A stretch of DNA of 29,274 nt from Elusimicrobiales bacterium (GTDB lineage: Bacteria > Elusimicrobiota > Elusimicrobia > Elusimicrobiales > UBA9959): the NCBI GenBank assembly GCA_049972095.1, contig JBMFKQ010000022.1, positions 1 to 29,274 on the forward strand. The letters run 5' to 3'. Below, one piece after another: positions 1 through 8,458 of the stretch. Below the pieces are notes generated by a model. That model was not told the DNA's origin. It ran no database searches and worked only from the letters and a program-made list of their open reading frames with translations. Every line of letters begins with the position of its first letter. Within the stretch, counting starts at the first letter, position 1. The position numbers were made by a program, and so were the translations under genes.

Positions 1-257
1 ACATACACTAACTCTATTCTACCTAAATTATTTCTAGAAGTCTATTATGTCTTTGAAATTATGCAGTGTGTAATATGTGCGATGAAGGGAAAAATGAGAA
101 TATGCAGCATAAACATCATGGGCATGATATGATGAATAAATAAACTGGGTTGTCCTTTATTTCCCAAATTTTTGATTTTTTGTCTGATTTTCAAATTTTT
201 TAAATTGGAAATTTCAATATCTGGGAAAAGACCGCTAAAAATAAAAAAATGATTTTC

Positions 258-758
258 CTATAATTGTTTTTGAATTATATTCGCTATCTTTATCTCTGCT
301 TTTGCTTTTCCTTTATCTGTAAGGGAATATGATCTATTTCTTTTAATGCCAAAGGCTTTAATGGAACCGTCCTTTATAAGCTCAAAAACAGCTGTGTCAA
401 GTCTTTTTAAGTAGTAACCTGACATTCTAAGCGCCTTTGATATACTAAGTGCTTTTGGTTGAGGGTTTGAAAGGATTTTTTCAAAAGCAAAAAGTATTAT
501 TAGAATTGCCATTTTCTCATCAAGCTGGGGCAGTTTAAGCTTTATATAAGGAGTGTTTTCTTTGAAATCTATTATATTTGAAAGACTTTTTATTATGTTG
601 TTGTCATTATTCTTTTCAAAACCATTTGATATAAGGCTTAGCATTTGTCTTTTTTCTTTCTCAACAAACTCTCTGTCTCCTTCTATTTCTATTTCAAGAC
701 CATTAGGGTATTTTATCCTTATTCTTGTGGATTTTTGTGGGTTTTTATCAACATCCAT
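258..758 (-). CDS. Hypothetical protein with probable C-terminal winged-helix DNA-binding domain
   Basis: 166-aa ORF. The C-terminus SISKALRMSG...LDTAVFELIKDGSI...RSYSLTDKGKAKA fits the helix-helix-wing 'Y.LT..G' pattern. The N-terminus has a small beta-rich segment (IRIKYPNGLEIEIEGD). A consensus promoter lies directly upstream. Confidence 0.7.
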   Translation of the reverse strand: MDVDKNPQKSTRIRIKYPNGLEIEIEGDREFVEKEKRQMLSLISNGFEKNNDNNIIKSLSNIIDFKENTPYIKLKLPQLDEKMAILIILFAFEKILSNPQPKALSISKALRMSGYYLKRLDTAVFELIKDGSIKAFGIKRNRSYSLTDKGKAKAEIKIANIIQKQL

Positions 759-840
759 ATAGCATAATTATATCTTAAAAATATTTTTATGTCAAACATA
801 TATTTTTTATGTTGTTCATATGTTGTTAATATGTGGATAA
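726..840. promoter_or_regulatory. Cluster of DnaA-box-like 9-mers
   Basis: Perfect TGTGGATAA (reverse complement of TTATCCACA) at 832-840 and TTATCAACA at 745-753. Degenerate copies: TGTGGATTT 726-734, TGTGGGTTT 736-744, TGTTCATAT 813-821, TGTTAATAT 824-832. Confidence 0.55.
767..795 (-). promoter_or_regulatory. Consensus sigma70 promoter TTGACA-17-TATAAT
   Basis: Minus strand TTGACA (795-790), 17-bp spacer, TATAAT (772-767). The ATG at 758 follows after 8 nt, with no Shine-Dalgarno. Confidence 0.8.
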
Positions 841-876
841 GTCTTTAAAAATGGCATCTAAGATTATAAGATTAAT

Positions 877-2151
877 CTAAAAGCTTGTTTTTATCTCAAA
901 TGATATAAGTGATGTATTTTTGATTGAGGTGGTTTTTAAAAGCCCTTCTGGCTTGAATTTTGAGTATATAAGTGAAAATGATATTTTTTCTGATAAGTTA
1001 TGTGATAATTTTATTGAATGCTCCTTTCCTATCTCCTTTGATGATAGAAAGGATGTTGTTCTGTATCGATAAAAATCGTAAGAAAAAATGTATTTTTGAA
1101 TTGGCATATCAAATCCTATTCTGAAGGTTCTTATCCCTGCTGCCATAGTCGTTGGAAGTCCTGTTATGGTTTGTGATGTCCTTATAACTGACCATGGTGA
1201 TGATGCAATAATCTCACCAACACCGCATCTTTCAAAACCACAAAATCTTTTTGAGAAGGGTGAGTAGAATGTTTTATCTTTTTGAGTTGTTGTTCCTGCT
1301 GATGATTTTAGATACTCCGACCTTGCTTTTATTTTACCAACAACCGGCATCTGCAAGCTCCATAATGCCTTAAGGTTAAATGCATATGCAAGTTTTTTTA
1401 TTCTTTTTGCTGAGGTTAGTGTTGATTTTCCCCCTTCATTTACAAACTCAAATGAGTATGAGAGTTTTTTAGTGTCTATAGAATATGAAATGCCTTTGTA
1501 AGTTTTATCAGTTTTTGTGTATGAAAGAAAGGGTGTGTTTTCAAGACCTGATATACTTTTTAAGAGATAAATCTGCCATACTCCCTCACCTAATGATTTG
1601 TTGAGGGTTATTCCTGAAAGATTATAGTTTGATTCATAAAATGCTCTAAAATAGAAAATCTCTATTGTGTCTATTGCAAATCTATTTGTTATATCAATCT
1701 TAAAGCCATCAATGCCTTTTGAGTTGTCTGAAAAAACAACTCCATTTGAAAGGGTATATGGTAACCTTCCGGATGTAAAAGTCCAGTTGGGATATAAAAA
1801 GTTTTTTATTGTTATGTATGCCTGATGAGGAAAGAATGTGTTTTTGTTTCCATAAAAATCATATATCTCTTTAAGGTAAGGTTTTGACGAAAGATTTTCT
1901 TGTGAGATTGTGAATGCTCTAAATCCAACAGATACATCGGCATAGGATTGTTTTGTCTTTTCAAGAACAATGTCTTTAAGTGTAAATAAAAGATCAATGT
2001 TTGATTTTATGTATGATAGATTATAATTTTTAGACTCATAGATTAGATTTGAAAAGGATTTAACTGATGTGTTTATATCAGATTTTATATCAAGCCTTGC
2101 TGAGTGGAGTTGCAAGGCGTAGAAGTGCAAAAGAAAGCAAAGATACCTCAT
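877..2151 (-). CDS. Outer-membrane beta-barrel protein, alginate-export (AlgE)-like
   Basis: 424 aa with an N-terminal signal peptide, alternating aromatic/hydrophobic strands, a GRLPYTLSNG...DGF segment, IGKEHSIKL near the C-terminus, and a terminal Phe (BAM signal). Confidence 0.65.
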   Translation of the reverse strand: MRYLCFLLHFYALQLHSARLDIKSDINTSVKSFSNLIYESKNYNLSYIKSNIDLLFTLKDIVLEKTKQSYADVSVGFRAFTISQENLSSKPYLKEIYDFYGNKNTFFPHQAYITIKNFLYPNWTFTSGRLPYTLSNGVVFSDNSKGIDGFKIDITNRFAIDTIEIFYFRAFYESNYNLSGITLNKSLGEGVWQIYLLKSISGLENTPFLSYTKTDKTYKGISYSIDTKKLSYSFEFVNEGGKSTLTSAKRIKKLAYAFNLKALWSLQMPVVGKIKARSEYLKSSAGTTTQKDKTFYSPFSKRFCGFERCGVGEIIASSPWSVIRTSQTITGLPTTMAAGIRTFRIGFDMPIQKYIFSYDFYRYRTTSFLSSKEIGKEHSIKLSHNLSEKISFSLIYSKFKPEGLLKTTSIKNTSLISFEIKTSF

Positions 2152-2162
2152 AAAACAAATTA

Positions 2163-2214
2163 TACAAAATTAAACCCCCGATACCTTCTGAAATATCGGG
2201 GGTTTAGTTTTGTA
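2163..2214. terminator. Strong intrinsic terminator hairpin downstream of the 409-aa porin
   Basis: TACAAAATTAAACCCCCGATA / TATCGGGGGTTTAGTTTTGTA: a 21-bp inverted repeat with 1 mismatch, a GC-rich core and T-rich flanks. Confidence 0.85.
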
Positions 2215-2238
2215 GTGAAGGAGGTTATTATGCTTGAA

Positions 2239-3468
2239 TTAGAACTTCACAATAAATGCAGCACCAAGTGCTGTCTGAACATCATCGTGTAGAGTGTTAT
2301 CTTTCTCAGGTTTAAACATTGCATAGTAAGCTTTTATAGCAATGTCCTCTGAGTGGTTCCATGTTGCAACAATGTCATATTCATTTCCAATAGTACTATT
2401 CTTTTTTACCTTTCTAACAACCTTCATATTATAGTATGTTGCTGCAATGTTAAGTTTAGAAAGCTTCTCTGGTGTCCAGTTTGCACTCAGGATTGGTCCT
2501 TTATATCCGTTACCAATAGATCCTATATAAACCCAATTTGCTATATCACTACCAAGTATTATTCCAGGTCTGTAGTCAGGGTTGATTCCGTAATATTCTT
2601 CATCTTTATTTGTGCCTGCATCATCACCGCTTATATATACATATTCTCCCATAAGACCAAGATTTCCGCCAAGGTTAAGTTTATAGTTAACATTTCCTTT
2701 ACCTGCATAACCTCTGTATGGGATGCGATTATTGTCTGAGCCTCTGTTTGCATCATACTCTAAGCTGATCGTAAGGTCTTTTACATAATTGCTGCAGTCC
2801 CAGTTAAACCTTCCACCAATAAGGCTTAACTTATCGCTCGGAGCTACAGTATTATCTACTTTATAATAGTAGTATGCATTGAAGTCAAGTTTATAATCTT
2901 CTATTTTTGTTTTTATATCTAAGCCGGATATGTTTTCACCCATATTGCCTGCTTGCTGATTTATCTTACCAAGTAAACCGGTAAATGTCCAGTTGTTGTA
3001 TTTATATACACCACTCCAGGCATCAAGGGCTGAAACCGGCATTTGTGTAATATATGGCCAGCCATACGGTCCAAAGTAAATAACAAGGTCATTTGGGTTT
3101 CCATAGTATTGTCTTCCTACCTTATGTTCCATCCCCATAATGCCCTTGAGGTTAAGATGTGCCTGCTCAACAAATAAGTTGTTTTTTATTGTATCAAGGT
3201 TTTCGGAGGGAGTTCCCCACTGTCTATTGTTTTTAACTATTGAAACTACTCCACTTACATCATCGTTGAAGTTAAAGTTCATATCAAGCATAAGCCTTGT
3301 GTCAACATCACCGTATTTATCATCTGCATCTTTGTTAAAGTCAGTGTTGTTGACATTATATGCATTTATCTCTACACTTCCTTTATAATGGAAGTTTTTT
3401 AGTAACTCTGCGGAGGCAACTGAGCTTACAAAAGCCACCGCAGCTATGAGAATAAGTGTTTTTTTCAT
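2239..3468 (-). CDS. Outer-membrane porin, alginate-export (AlgE)-like; likely a major OMP
   Basis: Classic signal peptide MKKTLILIAAVAFVSSVASA, VGRQ motif, IGNEYDIVATW (GxExD) motif and terminal VKF. It has a strong SD (AAGGAGGG), its own promoter and a terminator. Confidence 0.8.
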   Translation of the reverse strand: MKKTLILIAAVAFVSSVASAELLKNFHYKGSVEINAYNVNNTDFNKDADDKYGDVDTRLMLDMNFNFNDDVSGVVSIVKNNRQWGTPSENLDTIKNNLFVEQAHLNLKGIMGMEHKVGRQYYGNPNDLVIYFGPYGWPYITQMPVSALDAWSGVYKYNNWTFTGLLGKINQQAGNMGENISGLDIKTKIEDYKLDFNAYYYYKVDNTVAPSDKLSLIGGRFNWDCSNYVKDLTISLEYDANRGSDNNRIPYRGYAGKGNVNYKLNLGGNLGLMGEYVYISGDDAGTNKDEEYYGINPDYRPGIILGSDIANWVYIGSIGNGYKGPILSANWTPEKLSKLNIAATYYNMKVVRKVKKNSTIGNEYDIVATWNHSEDIAIKAYYAMFKPEKDNTLHDDVQTALGAAFIVKF

Positions 3469-3488
3469 CTAACCCTCCTTTATAAGGT

Positions 3489-3510
3489 TATGAGATTTTT
3501 TAATCTCATA
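3489..3510. promoter_or_regulatory. Perfect 9-bp inverted repeat at the predicted porin transcription start (operator or 5' hairpin)
   Basis: TATGAGATT-TTTT-AATCTCATA. Confidence 0.5.
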
Positions 3511-3515
3511 GTAAA

Positions 3516-3545
3516 ATTCTATAAATTAAAAAGGAGGTAAGTCAA
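3516..3545 (-). promoter_or_regulatory. sigma70-type promoter for the porin
   Basis: Minus strand TTGACT (3545-3540), 18 bp, TAGAAT (3521-3516). Confidence 0.6.
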
Positions 3546-3559
3546 TAGTTGTTATTAAA

Positions 3560-4219
3560 TTATTTTTTCTTAGATGAATACTGCTCAAGTGCTTTTTTTG
3601 CTATTTCATGCCATGATGTATTTGGAAAAAGAACAGTTATTTTTTGGTATGTTTCCTTTGCAGCCTCTTTCTCGTTCTTCTTTTCATATGAGAGCGCAAG
3701 AGAAAGATATACATCTGGTGTAAGATAATGATCAGGGTATGTCTCTATAAAATGGTTAAACCTTAGTATTGCATTTGTATAATCACCAAGTGCCTGATAT
3801 GATTTAGCAACTGAGTATTCAACAAATGGAAGTAGATCTTTGTTTTTTATTTTTTTCTCAGCATCAGAGTAGATCTCAATTGCCTTTGTATAGTTTTCTT
3901 GGGAGTAGTAGATATCCCCTTTGAGGAAAAGTGCGAAGTCATATGTTGAGTAGTCTGAGTAGTTTTTTTCAATGAAATCTATATTTTCAATTGCTTTTTC
4001 ATAGTTTTTTGCATAGTAATACTGCTGAGCCATAAAGAGATATTTTTCTGCTGTATCTCTATTTCTACTCCTTGATGCTATAACCATGATAGCAATAAGG
4101 CCAAAAACAACTATTATCAAGAGTGTTGCAAGAAGAGATTTTCTATTGTTTTTTATCCATTGTCTTATTGGATCATTTTTTTCATCTCCGGGTGATGAAA
4201 TCCATGTTGAGTCTGGCAT
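3560..4219 (-). CDS. Membrane-anchored tetratricopeptide-repeat protein (YfgM-like anchor, CpoB/BamD-like TPRs)
   Basis: Start moved to ATG 4219 (SD GGAGG) because the longer ORF overlaps tRNA-Arg. WIKNNRK precedes a single TM helix, followed by several TPR motifs (ALFLKGDIYY, SVAKSYQALGDY, LSLALSYEK). Confidence 0.8.
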   Translation of the reverse strand: MPDSTWISSPGDEKNDPIRQWIKNNRKSLLATLLIIVVFGLIAIMVIASRSRNRDTAEKYLFMAQQYYYAKNYEKAIENIDFIEKNYSDYSTYDFALFLKGDIYYSQENYTKAIEIYSDAEKKIKNKDLLPFVEYSVAKSYQALGDYTNAILRFNHFIETYPDHYLTPDVYLSLALSYEKKNEKEAAKETYQKITVLFPNTSWHEIAKKALEQYSSKKK

Positions 4220-4246
4220 CTTTCCTCCACCTTTAGAACCTTTAAA

Positions 4247-4320
4247 CGCCCCCGGCCGGAGTTGAACCAGCAACCTTCTCCTTAGGACGGAGCAGCTCTA
4301 TCCAGTTGAGCTACGGGGGC
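4247..4320 (-). tRNA. tRNA-Arg(CCT)
   Basis: Acceptor stem GCCCCCG/CGGGGGC, D arm GCTC..GAGC, anticodon loop GT-CCT-AA, T arm GCTGG-TTCAACT-CCGGC. CCA is not encoded. Confidence 0.92.
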
Positions 4321-4326
4321 AATTAG

Positions 4327-4857
4327 CTAATATTTTACCAAAGAATGAAATCTGTATCCACTAAGCATTTCTCTTCCACCAAGAGCAGTAAGTTCTATAA
4401 GCATAAATATCTCATGTATTGTTCCTCCAAGCCTTTCAACAAGCTCGCAGACAGCCTTTGCAGTTCCCCCCGTTGCAATTACATCATCAACTATCAAAAC
4501 CTTTTCACCTTTCTTTATTGCGTCGGAGTGTATCTGAAGAGTATCAGTTCCATATTCAAGTTGGTAAGTTACTGACTCCGTTTTATAGGGAAGCTTTCCT
4601 TTTTTTCTCACAGGAACAAAACCGGCGTTTATTTCAAGGGCAATAGGTGATGCTATTATAAAGCCCCTTGCTTCTATTCCTACGACTTTTTTTATACTTT
4701 CATTTTTGTATCTTTCAGCTAACTGCTTTATTGTTTTTTTAAATATATCAGGGTTTTCAAGAAATGGTGTTATATCCCTGAATAGTATTCCCGGTTTTGG
4801 AAAATCCGGGACATCTCTTATAAATTTTTTTATTTCATCTTCAGTTACTGTTATCAT
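4327..4857 (-). CDS. apt: Adenine phosphoribosyltransferase
   Basis: IRDVPDFPKPGILFRDIT, GIEARGF, RKKGKLP, LEYG and the PRPP motif VDDVIATGGT. Confidence 0.97.
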   Translation of the reverse strand: MITVTEDEIKKFIRDVPDFPKPGILFRDITPFLENPDIFKKTIKQLAERYKNESIKKVVGIEARGFIIASPIALEINAGFVPVRKKGKLPYKTESVTYQLEYGTDTLQIHSDAIKKGEKVLIVDDVIATGGTAKAVCELVERLGGTIHEIFMLIELTALGGREMLSGYRFHSLVKY

Positions 4858-4867
4858 CGCCTCTCCT

Positions 4868-5977
4868 TTATTTTTTTTGTTTTTTTGATGTCTTTATTAT
4901 TGGATTTCCCAGAATATCTGTTTGAATCTTTGGCATATTCCAGCCCGGCTTTAAATTTGGAGTTATTCTGGATGATGATATATCTATAAGTCCCATATTT
5001 GCTGCGATTCTTCTTAATCTGAGCACTGCTCTTTCCTCTATCTGTCTTACTCTTTCCCTTGAAAGTTTGAGCTTGTTGCCTATCTCTTGAAGTGTCATAG
5101 GTGTCATACCGTTAAGCCCATATCTCATCTCTAAAATCATTCTTTCTCTGTCTCCTATCTGTGAAAGGGCATTTTTAAGCTCATCATGGATTTTCAAAAT
5201 AGATATTACATCCTCAGGGGTTGATTGTTTTTCATCCTCTATAACATGCTCAAGTATATCCTCCTCTTGATCTTTATTATAGATTGGGTTTTCAAGAGAT
5301 GTTGTTCCTTTTATTATCTCATATGCATTTAAAACTGATCTTATTTGATTTGCTGTCCAGTGCATCTCCTTTGCCATCTCACTTAATGTTGGGTCTCTTC
5401 CAAGTTTTCCGTGTAATGCGTCCCATTGCTTTAGCCATTTCCTTAAAGCTGTCCATGCATGGGGTGGTATCCTTATTGTTTTTGATTGCTCTTCAACAAA
5501 CCTTCTTATATACTGCTCTATCCAATATGAGGCGTATGTTGAAAATCTATATCCTTTTTTTGGATCAAACTTATCTATTGCATGAAGAAGTCCGAGATTT
5601 CCCTCTTCAACAAGGTCCATTAGATCAGCACCGGGGTAAAGATACCTTTTTGCAATTGGTATAACAAGCTTAAGATTCATCTTCATTATCTCTTCCTTTG
5701 CTCTTCTGTCGCCCTTCTTGACTCTTTGCCACAGCTTGTGAAGTTCTTCTCTTGATATATTTGTGCTCATCTGACTTATTTTTTTTATGTATTGTTTTGT
5801 TGAGTCAATTGAGAGTTCTGATATATCTACATCATCATCCTCATTTGCTTCAGTTAATTTTTTTTCATTCTCTTCTGAACCCTCATCAGCTTCAACTACT
5901 TTTTCAAATTCAATTTTTTTAATAGGATTTGTTTCAATTTTTTTTACTTTCTGTTTTTTTATTCTTTTTGCATGCAT
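4868..5977 (-). CDS. RNA polymerase sigma factor, sigma70 family (RpoS-like, lacking region 1.1)
   Basis: Region 2 NLKLVIPIAKRY...DLVEEGNLGLLHAIDKFDPKKGYRFSTYA, region 3 LGRDPT, region 4 TLQEIGNKLKLSRERVRQIE. Confidence 0.9.
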   Translation of the reverse strand: MHAKRIKKQKVKKIETNPIKKIEFEKVVEADEGSEENEKKLTEANEDDDVDISELSIDSTKQYIKKISQMSTNISREELHKLWQRVKKGDRRAKEEIMKMNLKLVIPIAKRYLYPGADLMDLVEEGNLGLLHAIDKFDPKKGYRFSTYASYWIEQYIRRFVEEQSKTIRIPPHAWTALRKWLKQWDALHGKLGRDPTLSEMAKEMHWTANQIRSVLNAYEIIKGTTSLENPIYNKDQEEDILEHVIEDEKQSTPEDVISILKIHDELKNALSQIGDRERMILEMRYGLNGMTPMTLQEIGNKLKLSRERVRQIEERAVLRLRRIAANMGLIDISSSRITPNLKPGWNMPKIQTDILGNPIIKTSKKQKK

Positions 5978-5987
5978 TTATCCCCCT

Positions 5988-6263
5988 CTATCTTTTTATA
6001 CAAAAATTTTGTGGAAACTCAACTGTAGAGGGACAGTCATTTATCTCTATTTTTTCAACCCTTGCGATAGGATGTTTAGTCTTGATATCAACAATGAATT
6101 TTTCAATATTCTCTCTCAAACCTTTAACAGCACACTCAACACTTCCATCATCACAGTTTTTAACCCAACCTAATAGATTATATTTAATTGCCTGTTCAAC
6201 TACAAACCATCTGTATCCAATACCCTGAACACGCCCATATATTTTGAGTAAGAATCTGTCCAT
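5988..6263 (-). CDS. acyP: Acylphosphatase
   Basis: GRVQGIGYR and GWVKNCDDGSVE signatures; 91 aa. Confidence 0.95.
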   Translation of the reverse strand: MDRFLLKIYGRVQGIGYRWFVVEQAIKYNLLGWVKNCDDGSVECAVKGLRENIEKFIVDIKTKHPIARVEKIEINDCPSTVEFPQNFCIKR

Positions 6264-6392
6264 AACTTAAATAATACAAAACGAAGTATTGACAAATCAA
6301 GAGTTATTTGTAGTTTAGGAAATTATTTTGTAAAAAATGTTTTTTAAGATTTGATTTTTCTTTACTTATTTTGTTAAATATAATTATAAACT

Positions 6393-6465
6393 GCCGCGGT
6401 AGCTCAGTGGTAGAGCACTGGTCTGAAAAACCAGGTTGTCGTTGGTTCGATCCCAACCCGCGGCA
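6393..6465 (+). tRNA. tRNA-Phe(GAA)
   Basis: Acceptor stem GCCGCGG/CCGCGGC, anticodon arm CTGGT-CTGAAAA-ACCAG, T arm GTTGG-TTCGATC-CCAAC. CCA is not encoded. Confidence 0.95.
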
Positions 6466-6639
6466 GTTTTTCTTTTTATTTATAACAAGATGTTAGAACA
6501 CAACAAGGTTGTGATTATTTATTATGATTGCAGTATAAGTTGAGCTTGATAGCTAACACCTTAAAAATAACAACTATGATGAATGTAATTAGAATTGAAT
6601 TTGATTTTTCATCATTAAATTTGCTAAACTTTATATATT

Positions 6640-6933
6640 ATGGCACAAGCAGTTAAGTCTAAAAGACATAGAAATGCACTTAAAGCTTATAGGAAATCTC
6701 TTAAGAGGAGAAGTGAGAACCGAGGGATAAAGACAAGAATACATACAAAGGTAAAGGAATTTAAAAAGCTTATTGCATCAAAAAATTATGATGCAGCTTC
6801 TAAGATGTTAGCTGAGCTCTATTCACTTATAGATAAAGCGGCAAAAAGAGGCACTATACACTGGAAAAATGCTGCAAATAAGAAATCATCCCTTGCCTTG
6901 CTTCTCAAAAGTTCATTAAATTCTCAAGAATAG
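6640..6933 (+). CDS. rpsT: 30S ribosomal protein S20
   Basis: Basic 97-aa helical protein with IDKAAKRGTIHWKNAANKKSSL. Convergent on holA, a common arrangement. Confidence 0.93.
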   Translation: MAQAVKSKRHRNALKAYRKSLKRRSENRGIKTRIHTKVKEFKKLIASKNYDAASKMLAELYSLIDKAAKRGTIHWKNAANKKSSLALLLKSSLNSQE

Positions 6934-7915
6934 AATGGGATATATTCCTTATAATTATATATCCATCTTGTTGTGTTTGTGATTTAAGATTGTTTTCAGC
7001 TGTAAGGCACATCTCTAGCAAAGATATTATTTTTTCCTCTAAAATTTTTTCAACAGTATAAGGTTTAATTTTGGATATATCATATCTTGTAAGTGAAAGA
7101 AGGGATAAGATTTCATATGGTGGTTCTGTAAATCTTTTGTATAGTGCCTTAATCTTTATTATTTTTTCAAGTGTGTATTCTATTGCACCTATTATTTCAA
7201 GAGGTTCTCTTCTTGTTTCTATAAGTTGTGATATTATTTCCTTAAATCTCTCAGGGTTGTTTGAGATAATTGCATCTGAAAGCTCAAAGATATCTGTTTC
7301 TTTAAGAGGAGTAATAAGCCTTGAGATCTCATTTATGTTTATTTCCCTTTTTCCGCTGAGATATATATTAAGTTTTTCAATCTCCCTTTTGAGGTGTGAG
7401 TGATTTATAACTGATGTAGATATTAATGAAATTATTTCTTGAGAGGCATTTATTTTTTTGCTTTCAAAGAAAGCGTTGAGTATATCTTTTATTTCATCCT
7501 CAGAAGGTTCAAAAAAAGGGACAATACTCACTTCAAATTCGTCATATAATTTTTTTATCTCATAGTTTTTTAGATCCTCATTATGCATAACAAATAGAAC
7601 AGTTGAATTGTTTGGTTTTTTGAAATACTCTATGATATCATTTTTTATTGTAGATTTTATTTTTTCAAAGCTGTTTATTATAATTATTCTTCTTGTTGAG
7701 AAAAGTGGTGGTGTCATTAGATCAGAGAGAAGAAACTCAACTGACTGATCAGTTGGGTTATGCTCTATCCAGTCAAACTCTGATTTTATCTTATTTTTTA
7801 TCTTGTTGATTGCTTCTTTTTTTCTTTCTGTATCAAAACCTGTGAGTATATATATAGGGTCAAACTTCAAAGATTCGATATCTTTAGTAAGTTCGTCTTC
7901 CGATTTTATCTTCAT
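6905..7915 (-). CDS. holA: DNA polymerase III subunit delta
   Basis: PIYILTG, LMTPPLFSTRRIIII, EIEKLNIY and DIFELSDAI motifs; leuS-lptE-holA synteny. Confidence 0.88.
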   Translation of the reverse strand: MKIKSEDELTKDIESLKFDPIYILTGFDTERKKEAINKIKNKIKSEFDWIEHNPTDQSVEFLLSDLMTPPLFSTRRIIIINSFEKIKSTIKNDIIEYFKKPNNSTVLFVMHNEDLKNYEIKKLYDEFEVSIVPFFEPSEDEIKDILNAFFESKKINASQEIISLISTSVINHSHLKREIEKLNIYLSGKREININEISRLITPLKETDIFELSDAIISNNPERFKEIISQLIETRREPLEIIGAIEYTLEKIIKIKALYKRFTEPPYEILSLLSLTRYDISKIKPYTVEKILEEKIISLLEMCLTAENNLKSQTQQDGYIIIRNISHSILENLMNF

Positions 7916-8451
7916 AGTTTTTTAGTTGAAACCCCTGTTACTGAACCAAATCCCTCAACAGTTCTTTTTACAGTATCTCTTGCGATTATCTCCCAAAGCC
8001 TTTCTCTTGCCTGTTCTTCGGTCATTCCTCCTGGAAGTGATGAGTCTGAAAATATGTAGTTTGCAACAAGCGTATTTTCCTCCCAAAGAACAATGTTCTT
8101 TGCTCTGTCTATCATCTTTATTGAATAGTTTAGTGTTATTTTGTATGTTGTTGGAACCATGTTTGCATCGTACTGTATAGGTATCATTATGTAGCTTTTT
8201 ATCTCACCTGCTATGACCCCATCAGCCTCACTTTCTTTTTTGATAGGATATCTTGCATCCCTTATGAACTCATCTATTATTTTCAATGTAAGTTTTTCCT
8301 CCATTCCAAATATTGAGCTTTTGTTCAGAAACGGTCTTACAGCTATGGTTTTTATATGTTGTGGAAGTATCTGTGGGGCAGGGTTATATATTATCTTTGA
8401 TGATGAACATGATGATAGAATTATTGATGTAAGAATAATTATCTTTTTCAT
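7912..8451 (-). CDS. lptE: LPS assembly lipoprotein LptE
   Basis: Lipobox ILSS-C15; IKTIAVRPFLNKS...ADGVIAGEI pattern; located between leuS and holA. Confidence 0.8.
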   Translation of the reverse strand: MKKIIILTSIILSSCSSSKIIYNPAPQILPQHIKTIAVRPFLNKSSIFGMEEKLTLKIIDEFIRDARYPIKKESEADGVIAGEIKSYIMIPIQYDANMVPTTYKITLNYSIKMIDRAKNIVLWEENTLVANYIFSDSSLPGGMTEEQARERLWEIIARDTVKRTVEGFGSVTGVSTKKL

Positions 8452-8458
8452 ATTCCTC

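Noticed and set aside
144..257. AT-rich low-complexity stretch resembling a CRISPR leader
   Set aside because: There are no repeats, spacers or cas genes in the window.
4220..4273. N-terminal extension of the TPR ORF
   Set aside because: It overlaps tRNA-Arg, and ATG 4219 has a good SD.
6466..6600. Possible att site or integration scar after tRNA-Phe (also considered after tRNA-Leu and tRNA-Arg)
   Set aside because: I found no duplicated tRNA 3' ends and no integrase.
6905..6933. Convergent 3' overlaps (rpsT/holA 29 bp; barrel/smpB 4 bp at 27125-27128)
   Set aside because: These are common in compact genomes.
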